From a virus (taxonomy: Duplodnaviria > Caudoviricetes), in IMG/VR virus record IMGVR_UViG_3300031555_006395, positions 17,682 to 81,681 of that record: a stretch of 64,000 nt of DNA. The stretch is one strand, 5' to 3'. Every line of letters begins with the position of its first letter. Position 1 is the first letter of the stretch. Of the stretch, positions 1 through 9,350 are shown in pieces. The notes beneath the pieces were generated by a model. The model had not been told where the DNA came from, did no database searches, and worked only from the letters and a program-made list of their open reading frames with translations. The position numbers were made by a program, and so were the translations under genes.

Positions 1-430
1 CGCCTTCACGCAGGGCAATTAATGCCGCTTTTTGCATTTCATGTCTCAAATTCATGTTCTCGACAGTATTTATAATTTTTACATAGTTCTTGCGAACGGT
101 CTCCTTATTAATTTTTGCACCATCTAATTTAACAGGCGCAATTACATATTTCCAAGAGGGAAGATAAGCGTAATACTGAATTAATCTCCGGTAGTGGCTA
201 GAATTATTAAACATGTATATTGAAGCATTACGTAAATTCTTTGCATTCGCTTGCGGAGATTTTAGATATGTAAGGATTTGCTCCTTAGTATACTGAGAAA
301 ATGTAACGGATGATTGAGTGTTTGATGTGAGATCTCTCAATACTTGGCGGGCAAGCTGCGCAAAACGCACTGCATACTCTTTGTGGCCATCCGCCTGATC
401 AACATTAAGCTCTTTATTTTGCTCGTCTAT
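1..430 (-). CDS. probable portal protein, N-terminal part (runs off the window); ATA start
   Basis: Not in ORF track. Open frame IDEQNKELNVDQ...YLKSPQANAKNLRNASIYMFNNSSHYRRLIQYY begins at ATA after RBS AAAGGAGGGGG, directly downstream of terL as in SPbeta-like head modules. Confidence 0.65.
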   Translation of the reverse strand, partial: MDEQNKELNVDQADGHKEYAVRFAQLARQVLRDLTSNTQSSVTFSQYTKEQILTYLKSPQANAKNLRNASIYMFNNSSHYRRLIQYYAYLPSWKYVIAPVKLDGAKINKETVRKNYVKIINTVENMNLRHEMQKAALIALREG

Positions 431-446
431 TTTAACCCCCTCCTTT

Positions 447-2204
447 CTAGCGTCTATTTATTACAGGTTTTCTATAAATCAGCTGCGGCAAAAATGCTTC
501 TTGATTAAAGGATTGTAATCCACGTTCAATTTCTTTTGCCACATAAATGTTATAACTTAAACTACTGTAGCGGTCTTTTCTCATACCGCTTTTTTCTTTT
601 ACGCGAACAACACCATTTCTGGCTTCATACTCTAAGTTGATTAGTTCGTCAACTAACAAAGTTGTGTGAATATATGGCAATTGGAAATGGTAGCGCTCTT
701 CGTACGGAAGATTTACCCCCATTTCAGCCAATAGCTCGTCTGTATTTACCTCATGCTCTAATAATTGGATTTTCCCAATTCTAAAAGCCTCACGAAGACC
801 AAGAGCGCACTCTGAATTGAATGAAGCATTACCTTTAATTGCATATATTTTTTTAGGCGCATTTGGTACCTGGCATCGTTCTGCGATTTCTGGGTTATTA
901 AAACAACTTAATGCCTCATACACAACACCAGTATCTGGATCATATATATCCTTCATTAAAGCCTCAACAACACCAAAACCGATACCGTTTGCATCGATAA
1001 CGATATAATCGCATTCATACTCATCAAATAAACGCCGGATTAATAAAGCTTGCTGATCAATTAGCATTCCTTCGTGATTTTCTGTATAAACAATGCGATT
1101 CACATAACGGTTTCTTGAGGTTGCCACCATGCTATTAATAAAAATGGACGTTGCATCGTTATCTCGTTTTTTCGACGACATAAGAGCAATGTCCGCTGAT
1201 AAAATTCGCTTTTCATTCTCCGCTTTACGGGGAATTTCAACCTGTTTTCCTTTAATACCAATACGAAGTTTTTTAGGCAACCACGGATATTTGAGTTGTC
1301 TACATTTTGAAATATCTTCATAACTGTATAAACTACCATCTGCTTCTGAAAACCAAAGAGCACACATTTCCATCATAAAAGCTACTGCATTAAAATCTGA
1401 TTCACTCATCTCATCTTCGATGGCCTTTTTTAAATACAATCCCTCTTTAATAGCTAATTGATAGGGAAGAGAGCACACAAAATATTTATGTGTATCCTTT
1501 ACCATATTGGTGCAAAAAGTTTTAACCTTTTCGAAGGACCAATGGCTTTTATACCAACAAGAGCTCAAATACATTTCTTGGTTTGGCTCTTGCATGTTGT
1601 GATATTCAGGCTTTTTGAGATATTCTGGATCACGCGCAGAAGTTAGAAACTTCCGGAGAACAGTGTTAATTACACTCGCATCGACCATACGGAATTCATC
1701 GATTATCAGTATATTCGCACGATTCGATCTAGCATTATCGTTTGCTGTTACAATCTTTATTGTAGATCCATTATGAAATTCCACTTTACCTTTTTCAGTG
1801 CTTGTGTTGATATCTTTAATTTCCATCCGCAAGTTAGCAGATTTAAACATGAGTTCGTTTTTAATTTTCTCAAGAACATTGGCTGCTTGAGATTTCGTTT
1901 TGGAACAGATTACAATTTTTGTGCCTGGGTACAAGATACATCGTGTAACGGCATAAATTGCAATTAAAAACGATTTGCCTTGACCACGACTGGCCAAATA
2001 CATAAAATGCGTTGAACACATCATCATATAGATTAAAATCTGTTGGAACAGTTTTAAATCTATTGATAAATAATCTTTTACAAAACGTTGTGGGTTCGCT
2101 CTATAAAATGAACACCATTTTGCAACAGCGTTCATAGTTTTTTTAATTTTTTGCTGTTCAAATTCTTCGGTGGAGATTTTAACGTTGCTTACCATCATAA
2201 TCAC
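447..2204 (-). CDS. terL: terminase large subunit (SPbeta-like)
   Basis: Walker A LASRGQGKS, Walker B LIIDEFR, RNaseH-like nuclease SADIAL...DAT, C-terminal RKDRYSS. Confidence 0.9.
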   Translation of the reverse strand: MIMMVSNVKISTEEFEQQKIKKTMNAVAKWCSFYRANPQRFVKDYLSIDLKLFQQILIYMMMCSTHFMYLASRGQGKSFLIAIYAVTRCILYPGTKIVICSKTKSQAANVLEKIKNELMFKSANLRMEIKDINTSTEKGKVEFHNGSTIKIVTANDNARSNRANILIIDEFRMVDASVINTVLRKFLTSARDPEYLKKPEYHNMQEPNQEMYLSSCWYKSHWSFEKVKTFCTNMVKDTHKYFVCSLPYQLAIKEGLYLKKAIEDEMSESDFNAVAFMMEMCALWFSEADGSLYSYEDISKCRQLKYPWLPKKLRIGIKGKQVEIPRKAENEKRILSADIALMSSKKRDNDATSIFINSMVATSRNRYVNRIVYTENHEGMLIDQQALLIRRLFDEYECDYIVIDANGIGFGVVEALMKDIYDPDTGVVYEALSCFNNPEIAERCQVPNAPKKIYAIKGNASFNSECALGLREAFRIGKIQLLEHEVNTDELLAEMGVNLPYEERYHFQLPYIHTTLLVDELINLEYEARNGVVRVKEKSGMRKDRYSSLSYNIYVAKEIERGLQSFNQEAFLPQLIYRKPVINRR

Positions 2205-3249
2205 CTACCTGAAACAGCTCCTCAAAAGACTCCTCGTCGTCGTTATACTCCGGAGGCTGTACGGTATACTTCTCCAGCTCTTCATCTGACTCGCGCGAAT
2301 AAGTATTCTTAATACCTAACATCCTGCATAAATGACCGAGGAACCAAGACCGAACGTAATGTCCAATCCCATCAACATCTTTCCAAGCTTCATCAGGTTC
2401 TGGGATAGGATCGCTATCTTCCCATTTCTTTATCAGAGTTCCAAAAGTATTTTGATCAGCAATCGCCTTTTCATCTCGCTGAGAAGGCTTTAAATTTGCA
2501 GAGCTCAAAAGATCTTGGAATGCTTTCATCGCTGAAGCAACATTGCCACCACGTTTCTGTTCTTCCAAAATATTTAGCTGCGCAATACAGATCGTTTTAA
2601 ATAATTCTTCCTGAGTCTTAGTAACGCATTCATTTCTGGCAGTCCAATCAATATACTGCTCTGTCATGTACGCATACTGTTCAGGTTTAAATCCATATCC
2701 AAAGAAAGATACGGGGTCGTCAATTGCAGCGCTTTCACTTTCACGAACATGTTCAATGTATCGTTCTGCCGATAGATAAATCTCATCATCGACAGTGTGA
2801 CCATAAGTTTTTCCTTCATACTTACGGAGACCTAGTACTTTTATGTAGTGAAATATTAATCCATTTTTCTTGTTTTTTGAAAAATTGGAATAAGCAGAAT
2901 CAAAAGCATCATTATCAAAATACCAATCAAATATGCGGCATAACATACGAACTGTTTCGTGTGCATCTTTACATTCAGAATAAAACTGATTATACATATC
3001 CTCTACACAGAAATTGCACCAATTGATGCGACCATTATTGCCAATAAATAGATGGCTATAACTGGGCGGGAAGTTTTTATCCTGTTCGCTATAAACTCTG
3101 CCGCATTTTGAGCACTTGTATAAAGCATTTGACGGTATAATCACTTCTTTTACAAGAGTCTTTGTTGTAGGTTGCGGGGCTTTAGGCTTTTTAGGCTTTG
3201 ATTCTTTCGGCGCCGGCTTTTTATCGACCAAACTTTTTGGTCTTGCCAT
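2179..3249 (-). CDS. conserved phage protein with CxxC motifs; terminase small subunit candidate
   Basis: 356 aa ORF overlapping the terL start; CSKCG and CNFC motifs; the small-subunit role is positional inference. Confidence 0.5.
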   Translation of the reverse strand: MARPKSLVDKKPAPKESKPKKPKAPQPTTKTLVKEVIIPSNALYKCSKCGRVYSEQDKNFPPSYSHLFIGNNGRINWCNFCVEDMYNQFYSECKDAHETVRMLCRIFDWYFDNDAFDSAYSNFSKNKKNGLIFHYIKVLGLRKYEGKTYGHTVDDEIYLSAERYIEHVRESESAAIDDPVSFFGYGFKPEQYAYMTEQYIDWTARNECVTKTQEELFKTICIAQLNILEEQKRGGNVASAMKAFQDLLSSANLKPSQRDEKAIADQNTFGTLIKKWEDSDPIPEPDEAWKDVDGIGHYVRSWFLGHLCRMLGIKNTYSRESDEELEKYTVQPPEYNDDEESFEELFQVGDYDGKQR

Positions 3250-3272
3250 ATAATCTCCTTTCGTTCGATACT

Positions 3273-4250
3273 CTAAACTTCAAAAATATCCTTGTTTTCA
3301 CTTACTTTTCGTTTATCTGCACGAATATAGAATTTGTTAGTAACATCAGTAGATTGGTGATTCAGTAACGCAGACACATCCTCCAATGACATACCATTAT
3401 TTTTAAGTAGTGTCGCACCGGAATGACGAAAATCATGTGGATGTAATGTTGGTACATCAATTAGCTCACCAACACGTTTGCACCATTGCGTTAAGGCACC
3501 AACCGAGGCCTGGACATATTCATCGCCTTTGCTGACCACAAAAACAAAACCATTATCGTTTATTTGAGCATCTGCTCTATAATGACGAAGATGTTCTAGA
3601 AGATCCAATACTTCTTTAGAAAAATACAAAGTAACCAGATAACCTTCCTTCTCTAAAACATCATTTATCATTCGATTTTGGAAATCAATCATATCCCATT
3701 TGATATTATGGATAGCGTTAATTCTCGCCATGGTAGAAAGCGACAATAGAGCATAGCATTGAATTTGCATGGCGTAATGTTTATTGCTATGGGTATCCAC
3801 ATAGCTCGCAAGAACTTCACGCATCAAATCGACTTGTTCTTTTGTTAGAAAGGTTTGAGTAATAATATCTGTATCCTTTTTGGGTCTATCAATAAACTCT
3901 GTAGGATTTTCGCTAATGATTCGTTTTTTACGTAAAAATTTATAGAACGCAGCGATAGAAGAGATTCGACGTTTCATTCTACGAGAATTGTTTCCCTGCG
4001 TTTTACAATAGTAAAGAAATTCAGTTATATCGTCCTCATCTAAATCAACAATCGATTGGTTACCTTGGTTATCATAGATATAAATCCACCATTGGGTCAG
4101 ATCATTATAGTAACCATAAATACTCTTAGGGCTTAATTCTCGAAGTGTCATATCAATTTCATACTTCTTCCAAAGCTTCAGTGTTTCTGGATTAATAAGT
4201 TTTAATTTTTCTTCATCATAAAAACGAATCTTCTTACTTAATTCAGCCAT
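3273..4250 (-). CDS. tyrosine recombinase (XerC/D-like)
   Basis: N-terminal SAM-like domain; catalytic R (TMARINA), HDFRH, LNH, Y (NKFY). Confidence 0.9.
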   Translation of the reverse strand: MAELSKKIRFYDEEKLKLINPETLKLWKKYEIDMTLRELSPKSIYGYYNDLTQWWIYIYDNQGNQSIVDLDEDDITEFLYYCKTQGNNSRRMKRRISSIAAFYKFLRKKRIISENPTEFIDRPKKDTDIITQTFLTKEQVDLMREVLASYVDTHSNKHYAMQIQCYALLSLSTMARINAIHNIKWDMIDFQNRMINDVLEKEGYLVTLYFSKEVLDLLEHLRHYRADAQINDNGFVFVVSKGDEYVQASVGALTQWCKRVGELIDVPTLHPHDFRHSGATLLKNNGMSLEDVSALLNHQSTDVTNKFYIRADKRKVSENKDIFEV

Positions 4251-4269
4251 ATGGACCCCCTTTCTTGAT

Positions 4270-4303
4270 AAAATAAAATAAAGGAGCCTCCGCAGAGACT
4301 CCC
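4270..4303 (-). terminator. intrinsic terminator after the left tRNA cluster
   Basis: On the minus strand, GGAGTCTC-TGCG-GAGGCTCC is followed by a T-rich tract. Confidence 0.65.
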
Positions 4304-4343
4304 TTGGCCACAGTCCTCACAGGATCTTGCGGCACGATCATTA

Positions 4344-4419
4344 TGGAGCATCCAACAGGAATCGAACCTGCAACCTGCTGATTACAAATCAGCTGCTCTA
4401 CCAATTGAGCTATAGATGC
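4344..4419 (-). tRNA. tRNA-Thr(UGU)
   Basis: Cloverleaf GCATCTA...TGGATGC-T-CCA; anticodon arm CTGAT-TTGTAA-TCAG; encoded CCA. Confidence 0.93.
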
Positions 4420-4458
4420 ATGTATGACCATAAATAATAGTCATATAGGAAATATTTG

Positions 4459-4534
4459 TGGAAGCGTGTAGGGGATTCGAACCCCTGAATGTCTGATAGA
4501 AAGTCAGATGTCTTGGCCACTTGACTAACACGCC
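4459..4534 (-). tRNA. tRNA-Glu(UUC) with atypical U37
   Basis: Glu-type D arm GTCAAGTGGCCAAGAC; anticodon arm TCTGA-CTTTCTA-TCAGA; T arm AGGGG-TTCGAAT-CCCCT. Confidence 0.85.
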
Positions 4535-4576
4535 ATATATTGACATTAATGATAAAATTAAACTGAGGTGAGAAAT

Positions 4577-5149
4577 ATGGCTCAAAAAGAAAGAATGGAA
4601 CAGTATCATGCAATTATTAAGAAATGCCTTAAACTATCCACTACAATTATCGAGATTATCGAAGAAAATGTTCAGCCTATAGAGTTGAATGATGGAGATT
4701 CGCTGACGATTTCGAAATGTAATCTTACCATACTCTTAAGGCAAGAAAAGATTTATTCTGAACTTCAAGCGATTTCTGAAATATTCAAAGACATTAGCAA
4801 CGATTATGAAGAAAATATGGAGGGGAGTAATAGGTTAATAAACAATATTCGATTCAACAAATTAAATATTGCTGCCATATTTAACGCATCTATTACTGAA
4901 TCATTAGCCAAGGAAATAAAATATTATGATTTACCTGATATAGATGCATTTACCCCTATCGAGATTAAAGGTAAAGAATATAAAACTACAATTGATGATT
5001 TGGGTGAGCATAAAACAATACTTTACTCAACAGCAGAAAATGAATGTTTAGTTTGCTTAAAACAATACACACCATACGAGTTATTGCGTATTTTAAATAC
5101 ATTAATTAGTTGTTGTAGCAACGCAATTGGAAGCAGGGAAACGGATTAG
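4577..5149 (+). CDS. hypothetical protein (AT-rich moron inserted between tRNA genes)
   Basis: ORF on the strand opposite to its neighbours; RBS GAGGTG before ATG 4577; extended -10 TGATAAAAT near 4550. Confidence 0.7.
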   Translation: MAQKERMEQYHAIIKKCLKLSTTIIEIIEENVQPIELNDGDSLTISKCNLTILLRQEKIYSELQAISEIFKDISNDYEENMEGSNRLINNIRFNKLNIAAIFNASITESLAKEIKYYDLPDIDAFTPIEIKGKEYKTTIDDLGEHKTILYSTAENECLVCLKQYTPYELLRILNTLISCCSNAIGSRETD

Positions 5150-5225
5150 TGGGTGCGGCTACAGGATTCGAACCTGTGATCTCCGACTAATGGGGACGGC
5201 GAGATGACCACTTCTCCAAGCCGCA
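5150..5225 (-). tRNA. tRNA-Met(CAU)-like, degenerate anticodon arm
   Basis: TGCGGCT/AGCCGCA acceptor stem, ACAGG-TTCGAAT-CCTGT T arm; anticodon arm CCGTC-CCCATTA-GTCGG has C33, U37 and a U-U mismatch. Confidence 0.7.
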
Positions 5226-5240
5226 ATACATAAATACATC

Positions 5241-5264
5241 GGGGGAGCTTAATGCTCCCCTTTT
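5241..5264 (+). terminator. intrinsic terminator
   Basis: GGGGAGC-TTAAT-GCTCCCC followed by TTTT. Confidence 0.65.
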
Positions 5265-5289
5265 GTATTTGGAGGAAAACACACGAAAA

Positions 5290-5613
5290 CTATTCGTTGA
5301 GGAAATCTTTTAAAGCTTGACTGGGGCGAAGTACAGGTTCCATTCTAGGGGGGACCACAAAGGTTTCGCCTTTATGCTCACCAAACTGATATACACCGGT
5401 ACGGGATTTACGCTCTTTGCAAGTCAAGGTGCCAATACCGTCGAGTTTGATTCCGCCATCTTTAATTGCATCCATCAAGGCGGTACAAAAATCATCATAA
5501 ATCATTTCGCAATGCTCAAAGGTAAAGTAAACATCCTGCCCTTTTGCAGCAAAAGCCTGCCGAACATCATGAAGGTTTTCCTGAAAACTTTTAATAAATT
5601 CTTTTTTAGTCAT
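5290..5613 (-). CDS. HU/IHF-family DNA-binding protein
   Basis: MTKKEFIK N-terminus; IKLDGIGTLTCKERKSRTG; VPPRMEPVLRPSQALKD. Confidence 0.85.
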   Translation of the reverse strand: MTKKEFIKSFQENLHDVRQAFAAKGQDVYFTFEHCEMIYDDFCTALMDAIKDGGIKLDGIGTLTCKERKSRTGVYQFGEHKGETFVVPPRMEPVLRPSQALKDFLNE

Positions 5614-5627
5614 ACTCTAATACTCCT

Positions 5628-6773
5628 TTAATTCAAATTGACGTCATACAAGCAGTCGATTCCGTCATTATCTACTACCAGAATTATTTGTTCTGGCTCT
5701 CCTTTAATTCGATTTGCGATACAAAAATTATCAATACCGCTGCAAGATCCGCCCTCTACAACCTTTACTCCAGACGGGCTGCCATAACCGTTTTGATGTC
5801 GATGCCCCATGATAATTATCTTCGGTTTTTCACCTAACATCATGGTAATACGGTCGGCAACAGTTTTGGGTGTATCTTTATCTCCATGAGTAGCAATACA
5901 TAGATTATCTCTCACAGTGAAACACTGAATGCTTTCATCAACCAACCCATCAATAATTGAAATGTTTGGATAGCCTCTGTAATAACATTTGATGTAAAAA
6001 GGGATAAGTGAATCAAAAAACTCACCCTTAAAATTCTGCTCTTTTTTTGCAGATACCCTAGAATGGTTTCCAGGGACAGAAACAATCTTGATTTCATTAA
6101 AATACGGCAAAATCGTCTCTATAAACTCAACAATATAATTCGACGCCAGCATTACCTGCTGAATTACATTATACCCATTCTCTAGTCTTAAATCCTGATG
6201 TATGATACCACTAATCATATCCCCACCTAATACCAAGAAACAATTTTCAGATCGGTGTAAAGTGGCAACATCAATTACTTTAGATGCGTATTTTGACAGT
6301 CGATACTTTAATATTTCATCATTATATTTATTGAAGAAATTATCGATATCGATACCTGTATGTAAATCAGATAGATGAACAATTAAATCATTTTCGGAAG
6401 AGGGGAGTGGCGTATGTGTAATCACGCCGGTTCTGTGGATGTGATTCTCTATGCACTCCTTAATCTGGTCTACAACGTTCTCTTCTTTAGCCTTATCGAC
6501 AATATGTTTATTGAGTTTTCGACGTTCATCACGCAACTTGTAGGTTGCTTTCGCCATTACATAAACATCAGTATTTTCATTCGATGGAACACCCTCGCCG
6601 ATTTCATAAGCTCGATACATTTTTCTGTATGTAGACTCATTGCAGTTTCGGTCGAGCTCATCGTTAATGATATCGGCTACATCATACCATGTACCAATAT
6701 TGGGTTTAGCGGCGCAAATACGAATAATATAATCTACTTCGGATTCGTTTTTTCTTTTGCGAAAATCTATCAT
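5628..6773 (-). CDS. calcineurin-like metallophosphoesterase with N-terminal helical domain
   Basis: Motifs LSDLH, GGDMI, PGNH, THGD, MGHRH. Confidence 0.85.
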   Translation of the reverse strand: MIDFRKRKNESEVDYIIRICAAKPNIGTWYDVADIINDELDRNCNESTYRKMYRAYEIGEGVPSNENTDVYVMAKATYKLRDERRKLNKHIVDKAKEENVVDQIKECIENHIHRTGVITHTPLPSSENDLIVHLSDLHTGIDIDNFFNKYNDEILKYRLSKYASKVIDVATLHRSENCFLVLGGDMISGIIHQDLRLENGYNVIQQVMLASNYIVEFIETILPYFNEIKIVSVPGNHSRVSAKKEQNFKGEFFDSLIPFYIKCYYRGYPNISIIDGLVDESIQCFTVRDNLCIATHGDKDTPKTVADRITMMLGEKPKIIIMGHRHQNGYGSPSGVKVVEGGSCSGIDNFCIANRIKGEPEQIILVVDNDGIDCLYDVNLN

Positions 6774-6952
6774 ATATTAGCTTTCCAACTCACTTCCACA
6801 GTTACATTGCTATTATTGAAGTCGGCAAAAAAATTAGCTAATGAGATTGGATCTTCACAATCTTCAACCAAAATGGTCATTCCATTCTCTCGATCAATAG
6901 ATAACACCCCACTAATTGAAGTGGAATATGATCTAAGGATTTTACTCATCAA
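6770..6952 (-). CDS. small hypothetical protein
   Basis: 60 aa ORF packed in the operon. Confidence 0.55.
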   Translation of the reverse strand: MMSKILRSYSTSISGVLSIDRENGMTILVEDCEDPISLANFFADFNNSNVTVEVSWKANI

Positions 6953-6966
6953 ATTCTCCTTTAACT

Positions 6967-8391
6967 CTAAATTTTTATCGTTGTACTTTTGTTAACGCAA
7001 ATAACCTTCGATGTACGATTCTTTCGACTAATTTCCTCCTGAAGGTCCTTTGCGAACTCTATTTTTCCGTCGAACTCGCCGTGGACGAGAGCTACCTTCT
7101 CGCAATATACGTCGCTATAGTATTTGATTAATGATTCGCGTTGCATATGGCTGCTGAAGGTATGCAGAATCGTAACATTACATCGATTGGCTATTTTTCG
7201 GCCGGCGACAGATACATATTTCTGAATACCAGTCTTAATTTTTCCTGCTAATGAATCAGGCGGAGCGTATCCGCAGAAAACAATGTGATTGTTAGAATTG
7301 GGAATTATTTTTGATGCCCAATTCAACACTCTCCCTGCTTGCATCATACCACCACACGATAATATGATCATCGGACCATCTTCGCCCTGATATACTTTAC
7401 TCTGCTCATAGCCTTCAACAAATACCAAATTATCCCAAGATAAAACCTTGTTATAATAGCTATCGTCTAGTATGGTCCCATACATTTTGCTTATTTTGAC
7501 AGCCATAGGACTATCAACTAATACTTTAACCTTAAAGGATGGATCGTTTCCGTATAAATCATAAATATATGAGAATATATTCTGACAACGATCATTAGCG
7601 AAAACTGGGATCAGAATCTTGCCATTATTCTCAATACACGTTTGCTGAATAATTGAGCTCAACTTCTTTAAATCTTTTTCTCTATCCTTTTCGGTAAATG
7701 TTTTCTTTTCTCTGGCGTATGTTGTTTCACCAATCAGAACATCGCATTGGTCAACAAACTGAATTTCATTAGCATATTTCTTTTCTATCAAACAATTACC
7801 CAAATCACTTGTATATACAATCTTCCGGACATGACTTCCAACTTTCAGCCACAAAACAAGTTGGGCGGAATTTAGGATATGTCCGCTGTGAATAAACTGA
7901 AACGATATTTCATCGTCCAATTGGATACGCTCATTAAATGGGTATTCGTGATAATATGTTAAGCACAAATCTACATCAGAAGAAGTGTACAATGGTTCGT
8001 GCTCGTTCCCATCTCTTCGTTTAAGAGTCTCAACATCCTTTTCGCAAATATAAGCACAATCGTCCAACAAGGCTTTTGCGATCGCCTTATTATGCTCTGG
8101 GGCCACTATCTGCGCTGTCGATCCTTTTTTGTATAAGTATGGAAGCTTTCCAATGTGGTCAATATGATTATGACACACAAAGACATAATCAATTTCCTTC
8201 GGATGGTATTTGAGTCGGGAAAAATTAACTTTGTAATCATGAGCAACTCCCTTACAACTCTGATATAACCCACACTCAAGTAAAATTTGTTTTCCACTAG
8301 GAAGCTGAATGTGTATACTGCTGCCGGTTACATCGCTTGCATTTTCACCTACAAAAGAAATGACTATTCTACCTTTTTTATTTTTCCCCAT
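6967..8391 (-). CDS. MBL-fold beta-CASP ribonuclease (YSH1/CPSF73-like)
   Basis: HNHIDH, SGHILNS, YTSDLG, GETTY, GGMMQAGR, FSSH motifs. Confidence 0.9.
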   Translation of the reverse strand: MGKNKKGRIVISFVGENASDVTGSSIHIQLPSGKQILLECGLYQSCKGVAHDYKVNFSRLKYHPKEIDYVFVCHNHIDHIGKLPYLYKKGSTAQIVAPEHNKAIAKALLDDCAYICEKDVETLKRRDGNEHEPLYTSSDVDLCLTYYHEYPFNERIQLDDEISFQFIHSGHILNSAQLVLWLKVGSHVRKIVYTSDLGNCLIEKKYANEIQFVDQCDVLIGETTYAREKKTFTEKDREKDLKKLSSIIQQTCIENNGKILIPVFANDRCQNIFSYIYDLYGNDPSFKVKVLVDSPMAVKISKMYGTILDDSYYNKVLSWDNLVFVEGYEQSKVYQGEDGPMIILSCGGMMQAGRVLNWASKIIPNSNNHIVFCGYAPPDSLAGKIKTGIQKYVSVAGRKIANRCNVTILHTFSSHMQRESLIKYYSDVYCEKVALVHGEFDGKIEFAKDLQEEISRKNRTSKVICVNKSTTIKI

Positions 8392-8402
8392 TCATAAAAC
8401 AC

Positions 8403-9011
8403 CTACAAGATTTTATCGACTAAGCCTTTTTCAAGCATAGTCTCTGAGTCCATATACCATTCAGACCTCTCCATCTTTTCGTATTCTTCTGCAGTAATTT
8501 TTGTATTAGACAAAATATACTCTTTAATTCGATGGTCAATCCGTTTATGAAATTCAAAGGTGTCTTTTACTGAATACGAATTACCTTGCAACAAAGTGTC
8601 TCCACCGTGCAGAAGGGCGGTCGAAAATGGGTAACAAACCTTTGTTACGTGTGGGTTTTTGCTTCCGGCCGATAGGAAAATACCACCCATACTATACGCA
8701 TAACCCATTACCTTAATTGTGGTGGGCGTTTTTAAGCGGTCAATAACGTCGCAAAAAATCAACCCATCAAAAGTGGAACCGCCAGGTGAACACATAATAA
8801 TTTCAATTGGCTCTCCGGTACCATCCTCATCCATATCTATTAAGGGAATAATGAGTTTTTCAACAATATCGTTAGTAACTGTATCATTAAAAATCAATCG
8901 ACGCTTTGTGAGTCCAAGATAATACTGGTATTCACGTGGCGCAATACTGGTTGGGCTTTCAAGAAGCTCTTCTAACACAGCATCAATATCCATTTCACGC
9001 TTACTGATCAA
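8403..9011 (-). CDS. clpP: ClpP-family protease subunit
   Basis: SPGGS, AYSMGG (catalytic Ser), LLH (His), WYMDSETMLEKGLVDKI. Confidence 0.88.
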   Translation of the reverse strand: MISKREMDIDAVLEELLESPTSIAPREYQYYLGLTKRRLIFNDTVTNDIVEKLIIPLIDMDEDGTGEPIEIIMCSPGGSTFDGLIFCDVIDRLKTPTTIKVMGYAYSMGGIFLSAGSKNPHVTKVCYPFSTALLHGGDTLLQGNSYSVKDTFEFHKRIDHRIKEYILSNTKITAEEYEKMERSEWYMDSETMLEKGLVDKIL

Positions 9012-9022
9012 CTACATTCCCC

Positions 9023-9190
9023 TTACTTATTTTTTCTTAATTCTTTAATGCGCCGCATAGCAGCAGGATGCTCTTCCATGTAATACTTATGTCTTCTTGC
9101 TTTTGACTTTTGTTTACATGTTTGCGAAATTGCCACCTTTGGAAATTCTTTGCGAATAACCTCGGCTTCATCTTTGAAAATCTGAATCAA
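9023..9190 (-). CDS. small basic hypothetical protein
   Basis: RBS GAGGG then TTG at 9190 (shorter than the ORF-track call); KQKSKARRHKYYMEE. Confidence 0.6.
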   Translation of the reverse strand: MIQIFKDEAEVIRKEFPKVAISQTCKQKSKARRHKYYMEEHPAAMRRIKELRKNK

Positions 9191-9283
9191 ATAATTTCCC
9201 TCACTTGTGTTTTTTCTTCGGAAACAAAAGGCGTTTCCATAAGTGTGTTTTTCCTTTTTTGTCATCTGAACCCAATAAGTATG

Positions 9284-9346
9284 GGAATTAAACGACAATT
9301 CCCCGAAGTTATGGGGTTTAGCGCACAATTGTTATCTAAACCCCAT
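9284..9346. repeat. two adjacent inverted repeats downstream of the RNAP gene
   Basis: GGGAATT/AATTCCC near 9284-9304; ATGGGGTTTAG (9311-21)/CTAAACCCCAT (9336-46). Confidence 0.7.
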
Positions 9347-9350
9347 AAAA

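Noticed and set aside
4243-4613. ORFs 4243-4431, 4382-4609, 4410-4613; likewise 40167-40370 and 41155-41373
   Set aside because: They translate through tRNA genes
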